A DNA stretch of 63,761 nt, filler included, from Octopus bimaculoides (lineage: Eukaryota), in assembly GCF_001194135.2 (NCBI RefSeq). It is 5 parts of 4 records of this genome, joined end to end, with 100 filler letters (N's around TTAATTAATTAA, not from the genome) between each part and the next. Parts side by side here need not be neighbours in the genome. Positions count along the whole stretch, not along the records: positions 59,534 to 62,479 come from NC_068993.1; positions 62,580 to 63,761 come from NW_026323142.1; 3 more parts are not named here. The stretch is one strand, 5' to 3'. A model generated the notes under the pieces. The model had not been told where the DNA came from and made no database searches. It saw only the letters and a program-made list of their open reading frames with translations. The translations under genes were made by a program, and so were the position numbers. Below, in pieces: positions 61,196-63,761 of the stretch (within the stretch, counting starts at the first letter, position 1; each line of letters starts with the position of its first letter).

Positions 61196-62479
61196 TAAGA
61201 GAGGGAGGCTGCGGGTGGATTAATACAGGAAGGGAAAGAAGAAGAAGAATGAGAAGATTAATAGATCGATGGTCTGAAGTGTGGGTGAATGGATGGATAG
61301 TAACAGGAAAAGATGGGCGGTAGTGGTTATTCTGATGGCAGTGATGATTGTAGTAATGGTAGCGTGACGGTGTTATTGGTGGTGGTGGTGGTGGTGGTGG
61401 TGGTGGTGTCGGTGTTGATTGGGGCTAGTGGCTGTAGTGGCGAATGGATGGTGAGGTGGTTATTGGCGGTTAACTAATAGTGAAAGACAAGTGGTANNNN
61501 NNNNNNNNNNNNNNNNNNNNNNNNNNNNNNNNNNNNNNNNNNNNNNNNNNNNNNNNNNNNNNNNNNNNNNNNNNNNNNNNNNNNNNNNNNNNNNNNNNNN
61601 NNNNNNNNNNNNNNNNNNNNNNNNNNNNNNNNNNNNNNNNNNNNNNNNNNNNNNNNNNNNNNNNNNNNNNNNNNNNNNNNNNNNNNNNNNNNNNNNNNNN
61701 NNNNNNNNNNNNNNNNNNNNNNNNNNNNNNNNNNNNNNNNNNNNNNNNNNNNNNNNNNNNNNNNNNNNNNNNNNNNNNNNNNNNNNNNNNNNNNNNNNNN
61801 NNNNNNNNNNNNNNNNNNNNNNNNNNNNNNNNNNNNNNNNNNNNNNNNNNNNNNNNNNNNNNNNNNNNNNNNNNNNNNNNNGGCGGCGGTACTTTGGTGG
61901 TGGTACTATGGAGGCACGTCGATTGCTATTGAATATATTGTGTAGGCGGAGGATTCCGATGCGTTGGTGGAAAAACGATTTCAATTTTAAGGAAAACACT
62001 CCACATCATAAACAAAACAAAGCAAAAAAAAAAAAGAATAAAATTCAACAACCGGTGAAGATATTAAGAGAGACCTCAATGTGGGTTTAGTGAGCAGTTA
62101 GTGGTAAGAGAACGGAATTAGTTTAGCAGAAAATATAATATGGATGCTAGCTCGAAATTCACTCAAGACACCTTACTAAAATACATAAAGATTAAAGCAG
62201 AAACACAAACAGGAAGACAAATGTGGCAACAGGCGTCCACACACATGTACATACATACATACATACATACATACATACACGCCGACACACAAGCACGCAT
62301 GTAATTACACACACGCAGACATACATGCACATAGGCATGCATGCATAAATGCATATATATAGAGATAGATAGATAGATAGATAGATAGATATAGATATTA
62401 TATATTGCATCTACGTGTAGGTGCACATGTGTCTGTATATATATATGTAGAATATATGTAGCACATATATATAAATATA

Positions 62480-62579
62480 NNNNNNNNNNNNNNNNNNNNN
62501 NNNNNNNNNNNNNNNNNNNNNNNTTAATTAATTAANNNNNNNNNNNNNNNNNNNNNNNNNNNNNNNNNNNNNNNNNNNN
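62480..62579. other. Artificial scaffold-join spacer
   Basis: N44-TTAATTAATTAA-N44. Confidence 0.95.
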
Positions 62580-62855
62580 AACCGCTAAGTTACGGGGACG
62601 TAAACACACCAGCATCGGGTGTCAAGCGACATTGGGGGTGGGGGACAAACATAGACTGACAAACACACATATATATATATATATATATATACATATACAT
62701 AAATTCCACGGGCTTCTTTCAGTTTCTGTCTACCAAATCCACTCACAAGGCTTTGGTCGGCCCGTGGCTACAGTAGAAGACTTTTGCCCAAGTTGCCACG
62801 CAGTGGGACTGAGCCCGGAACCATGTGGTTGGTAAACAATCTACTTACCACACAA
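62580..62855 (-). mobile_element. SINE family B (head, CORE, internal TA tract, partial tail)
   Basis: accgctaagttacggggacg...gggcttctttcagtttctgtctaccaaatccactcac...ccatgtggttgg. Confidence 0.88.
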
Positions 62856-63254
62856 AGATAAACAATAGCTTTTTAATCTAAAATATACTCTCCTTCATTT
62901 TCTACAATGCTCTTCCAAAATTTACTTGTCCGTGACGAAATATACTCCTCCAGTACTGTTCTGGGCTCGTCCACAGAATTCATATTTTGTGTCCTCTTTG
63001 GTTAAAACACAAAGTCTGTTTTTAAAAGCGAAGCTAAAATTCAATGCTTATTAAACATATTGTTGTAAACTTTGTAATAATTTAGTTTTTATCATTATTT
63101 ATTATTTCGTATTGGACTGATTATGTAGTTCGCTCAGTCTACCATGGACGTTTAAATTCATTAACCGGATAGAGAATATGAAGAGTAAAGAAAGATGAAA
63201 AGGAAAGCAGNNNNNNNNNNNNNNNNNNNNNNNNNNNNNNNNNNNNNNNNNNNN

Positions 63255-63297
<43 letters not shown>

Positions 63298-63761
63298 TAT
63301 GTATATAATTACCACTAGCATTCAAACTTCGACAATACATCATGTACAAACAAATCCCACTCCTCATTCACATCATTCTCACCGTCGATAACATCACGTT
63401 CATCATCATCATCGTCATCATCATCACCATCATCATCATCACCACCATTAATTATCCTCCTAATCATTCGTCAGGAAGAAAGCCACCATGAACGTTATGC
63501 ATCTCTGTATATGTGTTTGTGTTACTTATTCTTAACGGGTTCTGTGACATTATGTAAATAGATTTTGATGCCACTATCATTCCATCGGCAATCGTTCAAC
63601 ACTCCCTAAATGTTGTCTTGTTAATAGGAGCTTCAGTAAAACATGTCCCATACTCTTGACAGTCATTCCCTTCAGCAGAAAGTCTCTTTCACTGTATATT
63701 CTCTATCTGTCTCTGTCTGTCTGTTTCTCTCTCTCTCTGTACCTATCTGGATATGAACGTA

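Overview
AT-rich, microsatellite-dense eukaryotic repeat DNA with many N-gaps. The SINE families, RTE/CR1 LINEs and Penelope-like elements (PLEs) match what I recognise from octopus genomes; Octopus, possibly O. bimaculoides, is an inference. I find no host protein-coding exon I can support, and nearly all ORF-track entries are microsatellite or N-gap artefacts. Content: three tRNA-derived SINE families (about 30 copies, several in head-to-tail arrays); one near full-length decayed RTE LINE with a C4HC3 PHD-like finger, plus several RTE 3' ends and a 5'+3' bipartite RTE derivative; CR1 3' ends; about eight PLE pieces (RT and/or C-terminal GIY-YIG); hAT, piggyBac-like, Merlin-like and Helitron-type remnants; and several long palindromes. 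Four 100-bp N44-TTAATTAATTAA-N44 spacers are artificial scaffold joins. The most notable signal is a set of type I hammerhead ribozyme motifs read directly from the sequence: three with complete cores (6149-6195 +, 27161-27230 +, 48420-48510 -) and two decayed. Two PLE insertions also have inverted ends that break at or inside the ribozyme. PLE-associated hammerheads are established biology, so novelty here would be at the level of these families and junction structures. I cannot show a new system from sequence alone.
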